Below, piece by piece: positions 1-8,569 of a stretch of 64,000 bases of DNA. A program made the translations under genes and the position numbers. Each line of letters starts with the position of its first letter. Position 1 is the stretch's first letter. The notes under the pieces were generated by a model, which did not search any database, was not told the DNA's origin, and saw only the letters and a list, made by a program, of their open reading frames with translations. The DNA comes from a virus (Duplodnaviria > Caudoviricetes), in the IMG/VR virus record IMGVR_UViG_3300028832_000130, positions 10,780 through 74,779 of that record; one strand, given 5' to 3'.

Positions 1-197
1 TTAAATGTACCTATCTCCCACACCCGAGCTATTCTCTCTGCCAGCTCGTCCGATGGAACCATCATACCAGTTTTTATTTTTGAGAGCGCACCCTGTGTTA
101 TACCAAGTTTACTAGCAACTTCCTCTTGCCTGGCATTTGGCTCTTTCTCTTTCAACAACTTGTTGAAATACTCAGCGAATTTAGGAAATCTCTTCAT
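1..197 (-). CDS. CI-like XRE HTH repressor, N-terminal part (runs off left edge)
   Basis: Hand translation MKRFPKFAEYFNKLLKEKEPNARQEEVASKLGITQGALSKIKTG...; Q-E-E-VA-x2-LG-I-T-Q-x2-LS HTH pattern; divergent from early operon; no stop before position 1. Confidence 0.8.
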   Translation of the reverse strand, partial: MKRFPKFAEYFNKLLKEKEPNARQEEVASKLGITQGALSKIKTGMMVPSDELAERIARVWEIGTF

Positions 198-247
198 ACG
201 CTTCAAAATTAAATTAATGTTTATAAAACCTTATATTCCTTAATATA

Positions 248-279
248 TTTGGTAATATTACTATTATTCGCTATCTTTG
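248..279 (+). promoter_or_regulatory. Early rightward promoter (Bacteroidetes sigma-A type)
   Basis: TTTG (248-251) - 20 nt - TATCTTTG (272-279), matching the -33/-7 consensus. Confidence 0.75.
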
Positions 280-347
280 TCGTCGGTTAAACAAACAAAG
301 AGTTGCAGGACTTGGTTTTAACACCTTGTCATCATTGATTCACACCG

Positions 348-355
348 CAAATATA
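348..355 (-). promoter_or_regulatory. Leftward promoter -7 element for the repressor
   Basis: CAAATATA = TATATTTG on minus strand, upstream of the repressor ATG. Confidence 0.5.
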
Positions 356-429
356 GGAATAAATTCTGAGTTCTGCACTCTTATTTTGGAATATTTAGGA
401 TTTATTTAGAATTAAACAACAAAAAGAAA

Positions 430-657
430 ATGAACGTTTCGACAGATGATATTAGAAACATACCGCCTGGGGCTCTTAGATTGTTCCCATGCGAGGACGG
501 AAAGAAGATGCGCTCCGCTTGTTCTCTCGTCACCACCGTCAAGCGTACCGAAATGCCCGAAGGTGTTGTTGACTATGAAACGCAGAAGTTCTTCGACCTT
601 AACATTGTGGCCATCCGTGCCATGCGTGAGGGCGATACAAGGGTTCTTAATAAATAA
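430..657 (+). CDS. Hypothetical protein in cro position
   Basis: First ORF after early promoter, A-rich start context. Confidence 0.7.
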   Translation: MNVSTDDIRNIPPGALRLFPCEDGKKMRSACSLVTTVKRTEMPEGVVDYETQKFFDLNIVAIRAMREGDTRVLNK

Positions 658-668
658 TATAATAAGGT

Positions 669-1427
669 ATGAGCAGTATTCGAGTTTTTAATCATCCTCA
701 GTTTGGGGATATTCGCACAACAGGCACTCCCGATAATCCGGAGTTTTGCGCAATGGATTTATGTCGTGCACTAGGTTATGCAAACGGACGCGATGCAGTT
801 GCTAAGCACGTTGAAGAAGATGACGTCGCAAAACGCGACACCACCGATTCAATAGGTAGAACGCAACTTCTTACCTACGTCAACGAGTCTGGAATGTATG
901 CGCTAGTTCTTGGTTCTAAGCTGGAATCGGCCAAGAAATTCAAGCGTTGGATCACCTCTGAGGTTCTTCCGTCTATCCGTAAGACTGGAACTTACTCTGT
1001 TGAGCAGTTAACCCGCAAACAACTTGCCTTGATGGTTGTGCAAGCTGAGGAAGAGAAAGAACGTCTTGCTTTGGAGAACAAACAGCAGGCATACCAACTT
1101 GAAGAACAGCGTCCCAAGGTTGCCTTTGCTGATGCCGTCCTTTCCTCTCCCGACTCAATCCTTGTTGGTGAATTAGCTAAGATTCTTTGTCAGCGTGGCT
1201 ATCAGACTGGCGAAATTCGTCTCTACGAACAACTCCGACACGAAGGTTACCTCTGCTCGTCAGGTTCTGACTATAACATGCCCATGCAGCGTTATCTCGA
1301 AATGGGACTCTTTGAGGTCACCAAGGGTACGCGCTCTGGTAATGGTGGTATCATGCATACTACCCGTACTACCAAAGTCACACCCAAAGGCCAGCAGTAC
1401 TTTATTAATAAGTTTATACATAGCTAA
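669..1427 (+). CDS. Phage antirepressor (BRO-N plus ANT/KilAC C-terminal domain)
   Basis: BRO-N: FNHPQFGDIR...DLCRALGY...YVNESGMYALVLGSKLESAKKFKRWITSEVLPSIRKTG; ANT: PKVAFADAV...ILVGELAKIL...VTPKGQQYFINKF. Confidence 0.92.
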   Translation: MSSIRVFNHPQFGDIRTTGTPDNPEFCAMDLCRALGYANGRDAVAKHVEEDDVAKRDTTDSIGRTQLLTYVNESGMYALVLGSKLESAKKFKRWITSEVLPSIRKTGTYSVEQLTRKQLALMVVQAEEEKERLALENKQQAYQLEEQRPKVAFADAVLSSPDSILVGELAKILCQRGYQTGEIRLYEQLRHEGYLCSSGSDYNMPMQRYLEMGLFEVTKGTRSGNGGIMHTTRTTKVTPKGQQYFINKFIHS

Positions 1428-1439
1428 CAATCTAAAGGT

Positions 1440-1562
1440 ATGAGCATTATGAAAGAGAATATTGACAGAGACGATTGGATTGCCTGCATCCTCGTAGGGA
1501 TTGGTCTATTAGCAACTGCAATCGGAAACTATATCTATCACGGAGGGCATATAGTATGGTAA
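1440..1562 (+). CDS. Small membrane peptide, 40 aa
   Basis: Hand-found ORF MSIMKENIDRDDWIACILVGIGLLATAIGNYIYHGGHIVW; fills gap, stop overlaps next ATG. Confidence 0.6.
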   Translation: MSIMKENIDRDDWIACILVGIGLLATAIGNYIYHGGHIVW

Positions 1563-1747
1563 AGGACGATAAAGGCGATGTGTGGCTTACTCCAAAGGAA
1601 GCTGCCATCAAACTGAACCTATCTGTAGGACGGATATATCAGATAAAAGACAATCTGACACACCGGAAGCAAGGTAACTCAAACCAAGGACGTGTTTTCT
1701 TCCTCGACAGAACTCTTTTCAGTGATTACATGAATAATAACCGATAA
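1556..1747 (+). CDS. Excisionase-like HTH DNA-binding protein
   Basis: MVKDDKGDVWLTPKEAAIKLNLSVGRIYQ (WLTxxEAA-x-LxxS-xx-RIY, HTH_17-like); ATG at 1556 preferred over the track's upstream start. Confidence 0.7.
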   Translation: MVKDDKGDVWLTPKEAAIKLNLSVGRIYQIKDNLTHRKQGNSNQGRVFFLDRTLFSDYMNNNR

Positions 1748-1809
1748 TAGTATTTGTTTAGCATTTTCATTTTATGGTTTTAGTTTTTTAATTTTTATCA
1801 AGGTATTTC

Positions 1810-2290
1810 ACAACACCCAAGCGTGGGTACGTTCGTAAGACTTAGGTAATAATGTTGTAATACCTGCCATCCGTGAGGCTCGCAGGTTTTAAAAAGGGAA
1901 TAGGAGCTGCACAAAGTAAAATTATATATTTCATAAATCCTCTATTTATCTATGCAGTGGCCTCGCCTGTGAAGGTAAAAGAAAGGTTCGATTCCTTTCG
2001 TTCCCACGATATATAATCGTAATTTGTCCTGCAGCGGTAAGCAGTATAAACCGTAGTTGAGGCCGGCTAATTTGTCGTTAGCAGATAACCAAGTATGAAC
2101 AGCGATTCTTCGCTTCAAGCTGGGGTTCGGCACCCAGATTCACCTCGACGACTAGTTCTTTGACAATTTGGTACTGACGAACATGGTAAAGGCCATGTAT
2201 GGGAAACTGCCTAACAAGCAAACTACAATAGTGTATAAGGCTTGGAGCAATTAGTCAGTAGTACCTACATTCGTATGCGGTAATGTAGCC
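1810..2290 (+). ncRNA. Cluster of structured RNA modules incl. two tRNA-like folds
   Basis: Multiple nested stems found by eye (see findings); no credible ORF. Confidence 0.5.
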
Positions 2291-2355
2291 ATAGCGCGTA
2301 GGTCAAGTCGCGTTGAGAAATACAGAGACCAGCATAGTAATTAAACCTTTAAAAT

Positions 2356-2601
2356 ATGATAGTACTCCCAACCAAGAGACGTCTGGAACGTCGTCGTGAT
2401 GCGCTACATGAAAAGCTGGATTCTATTCTCCAGTGTGCCTCCGTTCATCAAGTGGAGGAAATCATGCGCCGTATACACGGTATCAATCTAAGGCTAAGAA
2501 CTTATTTCATCAGAGAAAATGAACGAGAACACAAAGAACTCTTTGAAGACCAAGACACCATTGAAACGGAAAACCCCTTTACGGTCGAAGTCCTCACTTA
2601 A
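2356..2601 (+). CDS. Hypothetical protein
   Basis: 81-aa ORF with AAAATATG start context. Confidence 0.65.
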   Translation: MIVLPTKRRLERRRDALHEKLDSILQCASVHQVEEIMRRIHGINLRLRTYFIRENEREHKELFEDQDTIETENPFTVEVLT

Positions 2602-3067
2602 AGCAAAGGCTAAAGAAAAGAACAAGTTTGAAATATCAGAGATAAAGACTCCTGGCAGAAAAGCCAGTCGTGCTACTCTTATGAGAAAGGCTGACGAGGC
2701 TTTCTCCTTATTTATCCGTACACGCGATAGCCAGAAATACCAGGGGAAAGCTTTTGACTGTATATCATGCGGAAGACCTGGCATGGCTATCGACCAAGCA
2801 GACTGCGGGCATTACGTTAACCGTCAGCACATGTCTCTACGCTTCTCTGAACTGAACTGTCATGCGCAATGCCGCCACTGTAATAGGTTTATGGAGGGCA
2901 ACATCCAAGACTATCGTAAAGGACTGATAAAGAAGATTGGCGAGTCGAAAGTACTGATGCTTGAAGCCGCCAAGAATATCACAAATAAGATTTCAAACTT
3001 TGAGTTGGAACAGATTTCCAAACACTACAAGGCAGAAACCAAGAAGTTTAATTATCAAATAAAATAA
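2519..3067 (+). CDS. ninG: NinG/Rap-family recombination endonuclease
   Basis: FSLFIRTRD, CISCG, DCGHY, LRFSELNCHAQCRHCNRFMEGN motifs typical of lambda NinG; true start uncertain. Confidence 0.85.
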   Translation: MNENTKNSLKTKTPLKRKTPLRSKSSLKAKAKEKNKFEISEIKTPGRKASRATLMRKADEAFSLFIRTRDSQKYQGKAFDCISCGRPGMAIDQADCGHYVNRQHMSLRFSELNCHAQCRHCNRFMEGNIQDYRKGLIKKIGESKVLMLEAAKNITNKISNFELEQISKHYKAETKKFNYQIK

Positions 3068-3070
3068 GGT

Positions 3071-3214
3071 ATGAGTATCAGTGAGAAGGAAGTCTACGAA
3101 GATTTCCAACGATTTATTCGGCATGAGGCTATGCGTGCCAATATCTCCCAGATAGAAGTATTGACGATTATAGACAATATGACAACAAAGGAACTTTTAC
3201 AATTTAAACTTTAA
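3071..3214 (+). CDS. Hypothetical protein, 47 aa
   Basis: Hand-found ORF MSISEKEVYEDFQRFIRHEAMR...; AAGGTATG context, fills gap. Confidence 0.6.
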   Translation: MSISEKEVYEDFQRFIRHEAMRANISQIEVLTIIDNMTTKELLQFKL

Positions 3215-3225
3215 TATCAATTTAT

Positions 3226-3477
3226 ATGTTTGGTATCAAGATTATCACAGCAAAACGATACAGGCATCTTGTCGGTATCGAGCAGAACTTTGAGCAGGAA
3301 AAGCAGAAATTGCTTAACCAGCTGGATCGCATCGAGAAAGACCTCGACTCTCTCCGTAAACAGCTTAGCGAAAAGATGATGGAAAACAACAAACTCTACA
3401 ATCAAGTACGGGAGCTTGTATCTATCAAGCATTCCTTTCGCAAAAGCACAACAAAGTCAAGAAAGAAAGAACCCTAA
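3226..3477 (+). CDS. Coiled-coil hypothetical protein
   Basis: Heptad pattern LLNQLDRIEKDLDSLRKQLSE. Confidence 0.7.
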   Translation: MFGIKIITAKRYRHLVGIEQNFEQEKQKLLNQLDRIEKDLDSLRKQLSEKMMENNKLYNQVRELVSIKHSFRKSTTKSRKKEP

Positions 3478-3490
3478 AACTACAAGAGGT

Positions 3491-4762
3491 ATGACGCCTA
3501 TTGAAATTGCTTATTTCAAACACTTCATGTATGATAAGGGACTGGAGAAAAGCTTCCTGTTCTATTATCGCAGAAACCCCATCAAAGGCTCGCCAAAGGG
3601 CGATAAGTATGCTAATCCCGAATCTATCGAGCAGTTCTTCTTGCGTACTACGGTACAGGACGTTATCATGAAGGCTTTTACCTTCTATCCATCTGGCACC
3701 GCTGTTAAAGAGAACTCCACCTTTGACTATTGGAAGAATATTGATGATCAATGGCAGGACTATATGCACTCTATGGCATCTAATTTCTCAAACGATTCTT
3801 GGCCATTACTCCGCAAAACTTTTGCTATCCTACGCCAGAATTGGGATATTCCTGGTTATTGGCGAAAGGAAAATTTCGAGAGTACCGAGGAAGTTTATAA
3901 GCGTATGCATATTGACCTTCCTTTACCCGAAATACTATGGGAACACGGATATGTTCAACGCCAACGAGCAGATGCAGAATTGGTAAAATTCGACATTTCA
4001 GAGGCAAAGGATGGTGATGTTATCGTTCGCATAAAAAGAGCAGAAAGCGGCTTTATACGTCGTTGGATTATCCTATTTCGTGAGTTAGTCTCTTGTGAGG
4101 TGGAGGGCGCTCAGGTGCAACGGCTTATGGCTTATGCTTATTACAATTGTAGTAGTGGAAAAATGAAAATTGGCGGTGAAACACGTTCAAAGATTGTTGA
4201 TCCGGAAGCCAAAAATGTTGCTTTCCGATTAGCTTTTGAAGGAGAACGCAAAACCCTGATGGATAAACTGGAAGAATCTGGCTTGAAATGGGACGATAGC
4301 GAAAAGGCACTTGTTCCATTAGTTGAAGAAAAAGAGCAACCGACTCTTATTGACTTTGCAGAAAAAGAAGAAGACCCGCTCTCAGACTTTGATTTCTTTG
4401 ATGACATTCTTCCTGGCAACTACAGGCTTAAATCAAATGAAATTTCTATCAATTTCAACAAGGGTTATAAGATTACATTCAATCAGATAGATTCGAAGAT
4501 TATCCGAGACTCTGGATTGAAATTTGTACGCCTTGCAAAAAGTAAGGATGGAGATATATGCCTTATCATCAATCGACAGAAAGGCGCAACCCTCACAAAT
4601 CTATCTGGAAGAGCAGGCAACATGAATGCAACCATTAATTCTGTTGACATATGCGGAAAGCTCCGCACACTCTTTAATTTAAAGTCTGACTATTCGATTC
4701 TCAGAGTCGCAAAGTTACAGACAACAAAAGAATTCATTATTTATAAAGTAACAAAACAATGA
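3491..4762 (+). CDS. Hypothetical protein
   Basis: Long ORF; ATG at 3491 (GGTATG) preferred; stop overlaps next ATG. Confidence 0.75.
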   Translation: MTPIEIAYFKHFMYDKGLEKSFLFYYRRNPIKGSPKGDKYANPESIEQFFLRTTVQDVIMKAFTFYPSGTAVKENSTFDYWKNIDDQWQDYMHSMASNFSNDSWPLLRKTFAILRQNWDIPGYWRKENFESTEEVYKRMHIDLPLPEILWEHGYVQRQRADAELVKFDISEAKDGDVIVRIKRAESGFIRRWIILFRELVSCEVEGAQVQRLMAYAYYNCSSGKMKIGGETRSKIVDPEAKNVAFRLAFEGERKTLMDKLEESGLKWDDSEKALVPLVEEKEQPTLIDFAEKEEDPLSDFDFFDDILPGNYRLKSNEISINFNKGYKITFNQIDSKIIRDSGLKFVRLAKSKDGDICLIINRQKGATLTNLSGRAGNMNATINSVDICGKLRTLFNLKSDYSILRVAKLQTTKEFIIYKVTKQ

Positions 4763-6783
4763 ACATTCGTATTATTCGTCTTGCAATGACGAACTTTAAA
4801 TGCTTCCGCGAGAAAGAACTGAATCTCGACAATGACATTGTGACCATCTGTGGACGCAACGGTGCTGGAAAAACCACCATTGCAGATGCTATCCTATTCT
4901 GCCTCTTTGGTAAAAATACAGAAGGACAATCTGACCTGGAACTCTTCAAGACCCGTGAGAATGGTCAGACCATCCACAATCTAGATTGTTCAGTAGAATT
5001 GTGCCTATCTATTCTTCGTAAGACTGATGGCGGTTCCAATTTAAGTGCCGTAAATCTCAAACGCTCAATCAAAGAGGTATGGGTTAAGAAGCGTGGCTCT
5101 GAGGAATCAGTTTTTAAGAACAATACAGTAGAGTATTTTGTTAATGGTGAGTCTTATACCAAGGCTGACTATGAGAAGTATATCTCAACACTCGTTGATG
5201 AACGTGTGTTTCGTGCAATCACCAACCCTACATACTTCCCATCTTTAAAATGGCAGGACCAGCGTAATTTTCTTACGGCAATGGTAGGCCCTGTCGAACC
5301 GGAATGCTTTGCAGATACAGACGAACTTAAAGAACTTGTAGACTACTTCGACCTACACGACGAAGATACAGAGTCGTACATGAAGCATCTCAAATATCAA
5401 ATCAAGCAGATAAAGGATAAACTTGAAAAGATACCTGTACGTTTGGAAGAACAGAATAAAGCTCTTCCAGAACAGCTTGATTGGGATGCGCTCAATATGG
5501 GACTCAATAAGGCTCAGTCAGAACTCAAAGAGGTAGACGAAAAGATTGCCGCTATCCTGCAGGGTGAAGGCGCAGACATTAAGCGCAATGGGTTGGCAGA
5601 ACAAATCAAGAAACTTGAAGCCAATCGTAGTGTTATCTACGAAGACGCTGTGCTGCAGAATCTCAACGACTACAAGGACAAACAGAAGAAAGTATCTGAT
5701 GCTACCCTGAAGTTCAATGAAGCCCTGAACAATCAGAAACTTATGCAGCAGACAATCGAGGCTGACCAGCGACTGATTGAGCGTTGTAAAGAGACTATTG
5801 CAGAGTGCGACAAGATTAGGGAAGACCTGATTGCCAAGTGGCCACGCGAGAAGTTTACCTACGATCCTGTTTCGACACCGTTCTGTCCTACATGCGGACA
5901 GCATCTTCCGGAAGAACAATTCCAGGCAAAGATTGAGCAGATGCGGACAGACTTTAACATAACCCTTGAAGCTGCCAAGAAATCCATCAATGCGCAAGGT
6001 CAGAAGAACAACGAGACAAAGGCCAAGGCAGAGGAAGAGCTGAAATCATACAAAGAAAAACTGGTGGCTGATACGGAGCAACTTGAAATCATCAAGACAG
6101 GTATCAATACCATCTTCGCTGATAAAGCAGACATCGAGAAGATTGTTGTCAAGACTGTCGACGAGCTTCTTGCAGAAAGTACAGAGTTTAACGAACTGTC
6201 AGCACAGATTGACCAGCTCAAAGAGCAGCAGTCTTCAATCACTTGCTCTGAGGATAATAACAACATGATTATTGACCTTAAAGCTAATCGTGCTATCATC
6301 TACCAAAACTTCTGTACACTCCAACAGCAACTTGCAACTCGTCAGCAGTACGACCGTATTCTTGCTCTCATTGATGGCATCAAGGAGGAAGAGAAAGAAT
6401 TGATTAGGCAGCTTTCAGAACTGGAGCGTAAGGAAGATGTTGCCCGTCAGTATCAGTTCCGCCAGAACCAGTTACTTGAAGAGCGCATCAACCAACACTT
6501 CAAACTCGTTCAATGGAAACTCTTCAGGACCATTAACAATGGTGGCGATTCCTTTGAAGAACCATTCTGTGAGTGCTATGTGGATGGGGTAGGGTATCAC
6601 TCCGGACTTAACCAGGCAGCGCGTCTCAATGCCGGACTCGACATCTGCGAAGCCCTTTGTAAGTTCTACAACGTCTCTGCGCCCATTGTCATTGACAACG
6701 CAGAAAGCAACCTCAACATCTATCAGACCACAGGCCAGCAGATCAGATTACAAGTATTCGATACAGATTTACAAATAGTATGA
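4759..6783 (+). CDS. SMC/Rad50-like AAA ATPase with long coiled coil and zinc-hook-like CPTC
   Basis: Walker A GRNGAGKT; CPTCGQ; C-terminal LNQAARLNAGLD and IVIDNAE (signature/Walker B-like). Confidence 0.85.
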   Translation: MNIRIIRLAMTNFKCFREKELNLDNDIVTICGRNGAGKTTIADAILFCLFGKNTEGQSDLELFKTRENGQTIHNLDCSVELCLSILRKTDGGSNLSAVNLKRSIKEVWVKKRGSEESVFKNNTVEYFVNGESYTKADYEKYISTLVDERVFRAITNPTYFPSLKWQDQRNFLTAMVGPVEPECFADTDELKELVDYFDLHDEDTESYMKHLKYQIKQIKDKLEKIPVRLEEQNKALPEQLDWDALNMGLNKAQSELKEVDEKIAAILQGEGADIKRNGLAEQIKKLEANRSVIYEDAVLQNLNDYKDKQKKVSDATLKFNEALNNQKLMQQTIEADQRLIERCKETIAECDKIREDLIAKWPREKFTYDPVSTPFCPTCGQHLPEEQFQAKIEQMRTDFNITLEAAKKSINAQGQKNNETKAKAEEELKSYKEKLVADTEQLEIIKTGINTIFADKADIEKIVVKTVDELLAESTEFNELSAQIDQLKEQQSSITCSEDNNNMIIDLKANRAIIYQNFCTLQQQLATRQQYDRILALIDGIKEEEKELIRQLSELERKEDVARQYQFRQNQLLEERINQHFKLVQWKLFRTINNGGDSFEEPFCECYVDGVGYHSGLNQAARLNAGLDICEALCKFYNVSAPIVIDNAESNLNIYQTTGQQIRLQVFDTDLQIV

Positions 6784-7061
6784 AAAATCAATTTCTAAAA
6801 GACATTGATAAGTGGGGATATGTTTTAAATCAAGCAGATATTGGTGACAGGATATCAATAAACGGCGTTTGGGTTATTGTTGAAGAAGATAAAGATGGTG
6901 GTTATTGTAATGAGTGCGCATTTAACGACAAAAAAGATGCTTGCCTTTTATCTGATGCAAATTGTGTAACCCCTTGCTCAATATTCAACAACAAACTTGG
7001 TAAAAGTTTAATTTTCAAATGGCTAAGTCCAATAAACAATTTTATAAAAGAAAACAAATAA
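6780..7061 (+). CDS. Cys-rich hypothetical protein
   Basis: CNECAF...C...C..C; ATGA coupling. Confidence 0.65.
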   Translation: MKNQFLKDIDKWGYVLNQADIGDRISINGVWVIVEEDKDGGYCNECAFNDKKDACLLSDANCVTPCSIFNNKLGKSLIFKWLSPINNFIKENK

Positions 7062-7063
7062 TT

Positions 7064-7957
7064 ATGGAACAGAACAAAACAACAGCAGTAACACAAGTTA
7101 CTAAAAAGCAGGAAGTAATCCTCGCTTTCAACAAGGTTGTCAATGGTGGCTACATTCAGAATCAGCTCTCAAATATCATGGGCAAGAACGCAGGTTCTTT
7201 CACATCATCCATGATTGAACTCTTCTCCCAGGACTCTAACCTGCAGGAGTGCGACCCAAAGGCAGTAGTCATGGAGGCTATGAAGGCAGCAGCACTTCAC
7301 CTGCCCCTCTCCAAATCGCTTGGCCGTGCCTACGTCCTCCCGTTCAAGAACAAGGGTGTAGCCACCCCGACATTCGTAATCGGGTGGAAAGGACTGATTG
7401 ACCTTGCAGTACGTACAGGCCAGTATGAGACTATCAATGCTGTCTGCATCTATAAAGGCGAAATGACCGGGCAGGACAAACTCTCTGGCTTCATCAGCCT
7501 TGACGGTATGCGTGAGTCTAACGAGGTGGTAGGCTACCTTGGCTATTTCAAGCTGACTACTGGCTTCAAGAAAATGGTCTTCATGACCGTCGAACAGATG
7601 GCACACTACGGCAAAACCTATGCCCCAACATTGAAGTTCAGCAAGGTAACAGAAGATGAACTTATCAAGAAGGCGCAAGAGCAGTCGGAACATGGCCCGC
7701 AGGCAGGTGCTATAGGTTGGTTCGGTGATTTCAATGCTATGGCGCTGAAGACAGTAGTCCGTAAGGTACTCTCTTGGGGCCCGATGTCTATTGAGTTGCA
7801 AAACGCTATTGCCAACGATGAAGACATTCAAGACGCAGAGGCCATCCGTGACGAAGAGAATTCCGAACCTCGTACAGTTATTAATGCAGAAGCGGTCATT
7901 CATCCGGTAGAAGAACAGGAACAAACACAGGAACCAGAAGATAAGCCCAATTTCTGA
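7064..7957 (+). CDS. recT: RecT-family single-strand annealing protein
   Basis: AAALHLPLSKSLGRAYVLPF, FVIGWKGLIDLAVRTG, AMALKTVVRKVL; acidic tail. Confidence 0.9.
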   Translation: MEQNKTTAVTQVTKKQEVILAFNKVVNGGYIQNQLSNIMGKNAGSFTSSMIELFSQDSNLQECDPKAVVMEAMKAAALHLPLSKSLGRAYVLPFKNKGVATPTFVIGWKGLIDLAVRTGQYETINAVCIYKGEMTGQDKLSGFISLDGMRESNEVVGYLGYFKLTTGFKKMVFMTVEQMAHYGKTYAPTLKFSKVTEDELIKKAQEQSEHGPQAGAIGWFGDFNAMALKTVVRKVLSWGPMSIELQNAIANDEDIQDAEAIRDEENSEPRTVINAEAVIHPVEEQEQTQEPEDKPNF

Positions 7958-7968
7958 TGTAATGTAAT

Positions 7969-8039
7969 CTCACGTGCTGGGGTGGTGTTGGTTTACGTGA
8001 GGCCATCGCTGACGAGCGATAAAGGCACCATCCTTTTTT
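7969..8039 (+). ncRNA. Pseudoknot-capable structured RNA/terminator after recT
   Basis: CTCACGT/ACGTGAG, GGGTGGTG/CACCATCC and ATCGCT/AGCGAT stems followed by T6. Confidence 0.45.
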
Positions 8040-8040
8040 A

Positions 8041-8400
8041 ATGACATGGGACACGAAGATGAAACAGAACAAGGAAATCAAGGTAGGTGATAGGATATGG
8101 CTTAACTGCCCATGTCTTAACCAAGACTCTTACTATACTGTTAAGAGTGTTAAGAAAGAAAAGACGTGTGTGTCGGTTGTAGTTACTTATAAAGATTATA
8201 AAGGTAAGGAACGCGAGATAAATATGTATGGACATTCGTCTAGCTGCATCTTATCTGGATATGACAGAGGGTATAGAAACTATGAAATATCTTATACCTG
8301 TGAGTATGAAATTATAAAAAGTCAAACCGTTAAATACGACAGCAATCAGAAGTACATTGATGCAGGGCGTGCTCTGTTGAATGTAGCGAAATATTTTTAA
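8041..8400 (+). CDS. Hypothetical protein
   Basis: 119-aa ORF in operon direction. Confidence 0.65.
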   Translation: MTWDTKMKQNKEIKVGDRIWLNCPCLNQDSYYTVKSVKKEKTCVSVVVTYKDYKGKEREINMYGHSSSCILSGYDRGYRNYEISYTCEYEIIKSQTVKYDSNQKYIDAGRALLNVAKYF

Positions 8401-8407
8401 TAGAATC

Positions 8408-8569
8408 ATGGCAAGCAAATACGTAGAGCTGAAATGCGGACGATGCCTAAACCGTCGTGCATTTCTTTCAAGCAAACAGGGCAAGTTCTGTACTGAAATG
8501 CAAAAGTCAGACGAAGAAACCTGCCCTAAGTTCAAACTAGATAAAAATAGCACTGGTTATGAAGCTTAA
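8408..8569 (+). CDS. Small Cys-rich (zinc-binding?) protein, 53 aa
   Basis: Hand-found ORF MASKYVELKCGRCLNRR...FCTEM...TCPKF; overlaps next start. Confidence 0.6.
   Translation: MASKYVELKCGRCLNRRAFLSSKQGKFCTEMQKSDEETCPKFKLDKNSTGYEA

Noticed and set aside
1475-1555. Upstream extension of the excisionase-like ORF in the track
   Set aside because: Overlaps a better 40-aa ORF; ATG at 1556 is coupled to its stop
1896-2149. Canonical tRNA genes
   Set aside because: T-arm and acceptor-like stems are present but there is no proper D-arm/anticodon arm spacing or CCA; kept only as tRNA-like ncRNA
5518-6299. Long antisense ORFs opposite the ATPase (and similar shadows opposite portal, terL, MCP and giant gene)
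   Set aside because: Composition typical of reverse-frame shadows of stop-poor coding strands; no start context or motifs
7969-8039. HDV-like/theta or hammerhead ribozyme
   Set aside because: No P3/L3 and no catalytic C in the J4/2 position; CTGACGA is not followed by a GAAA core
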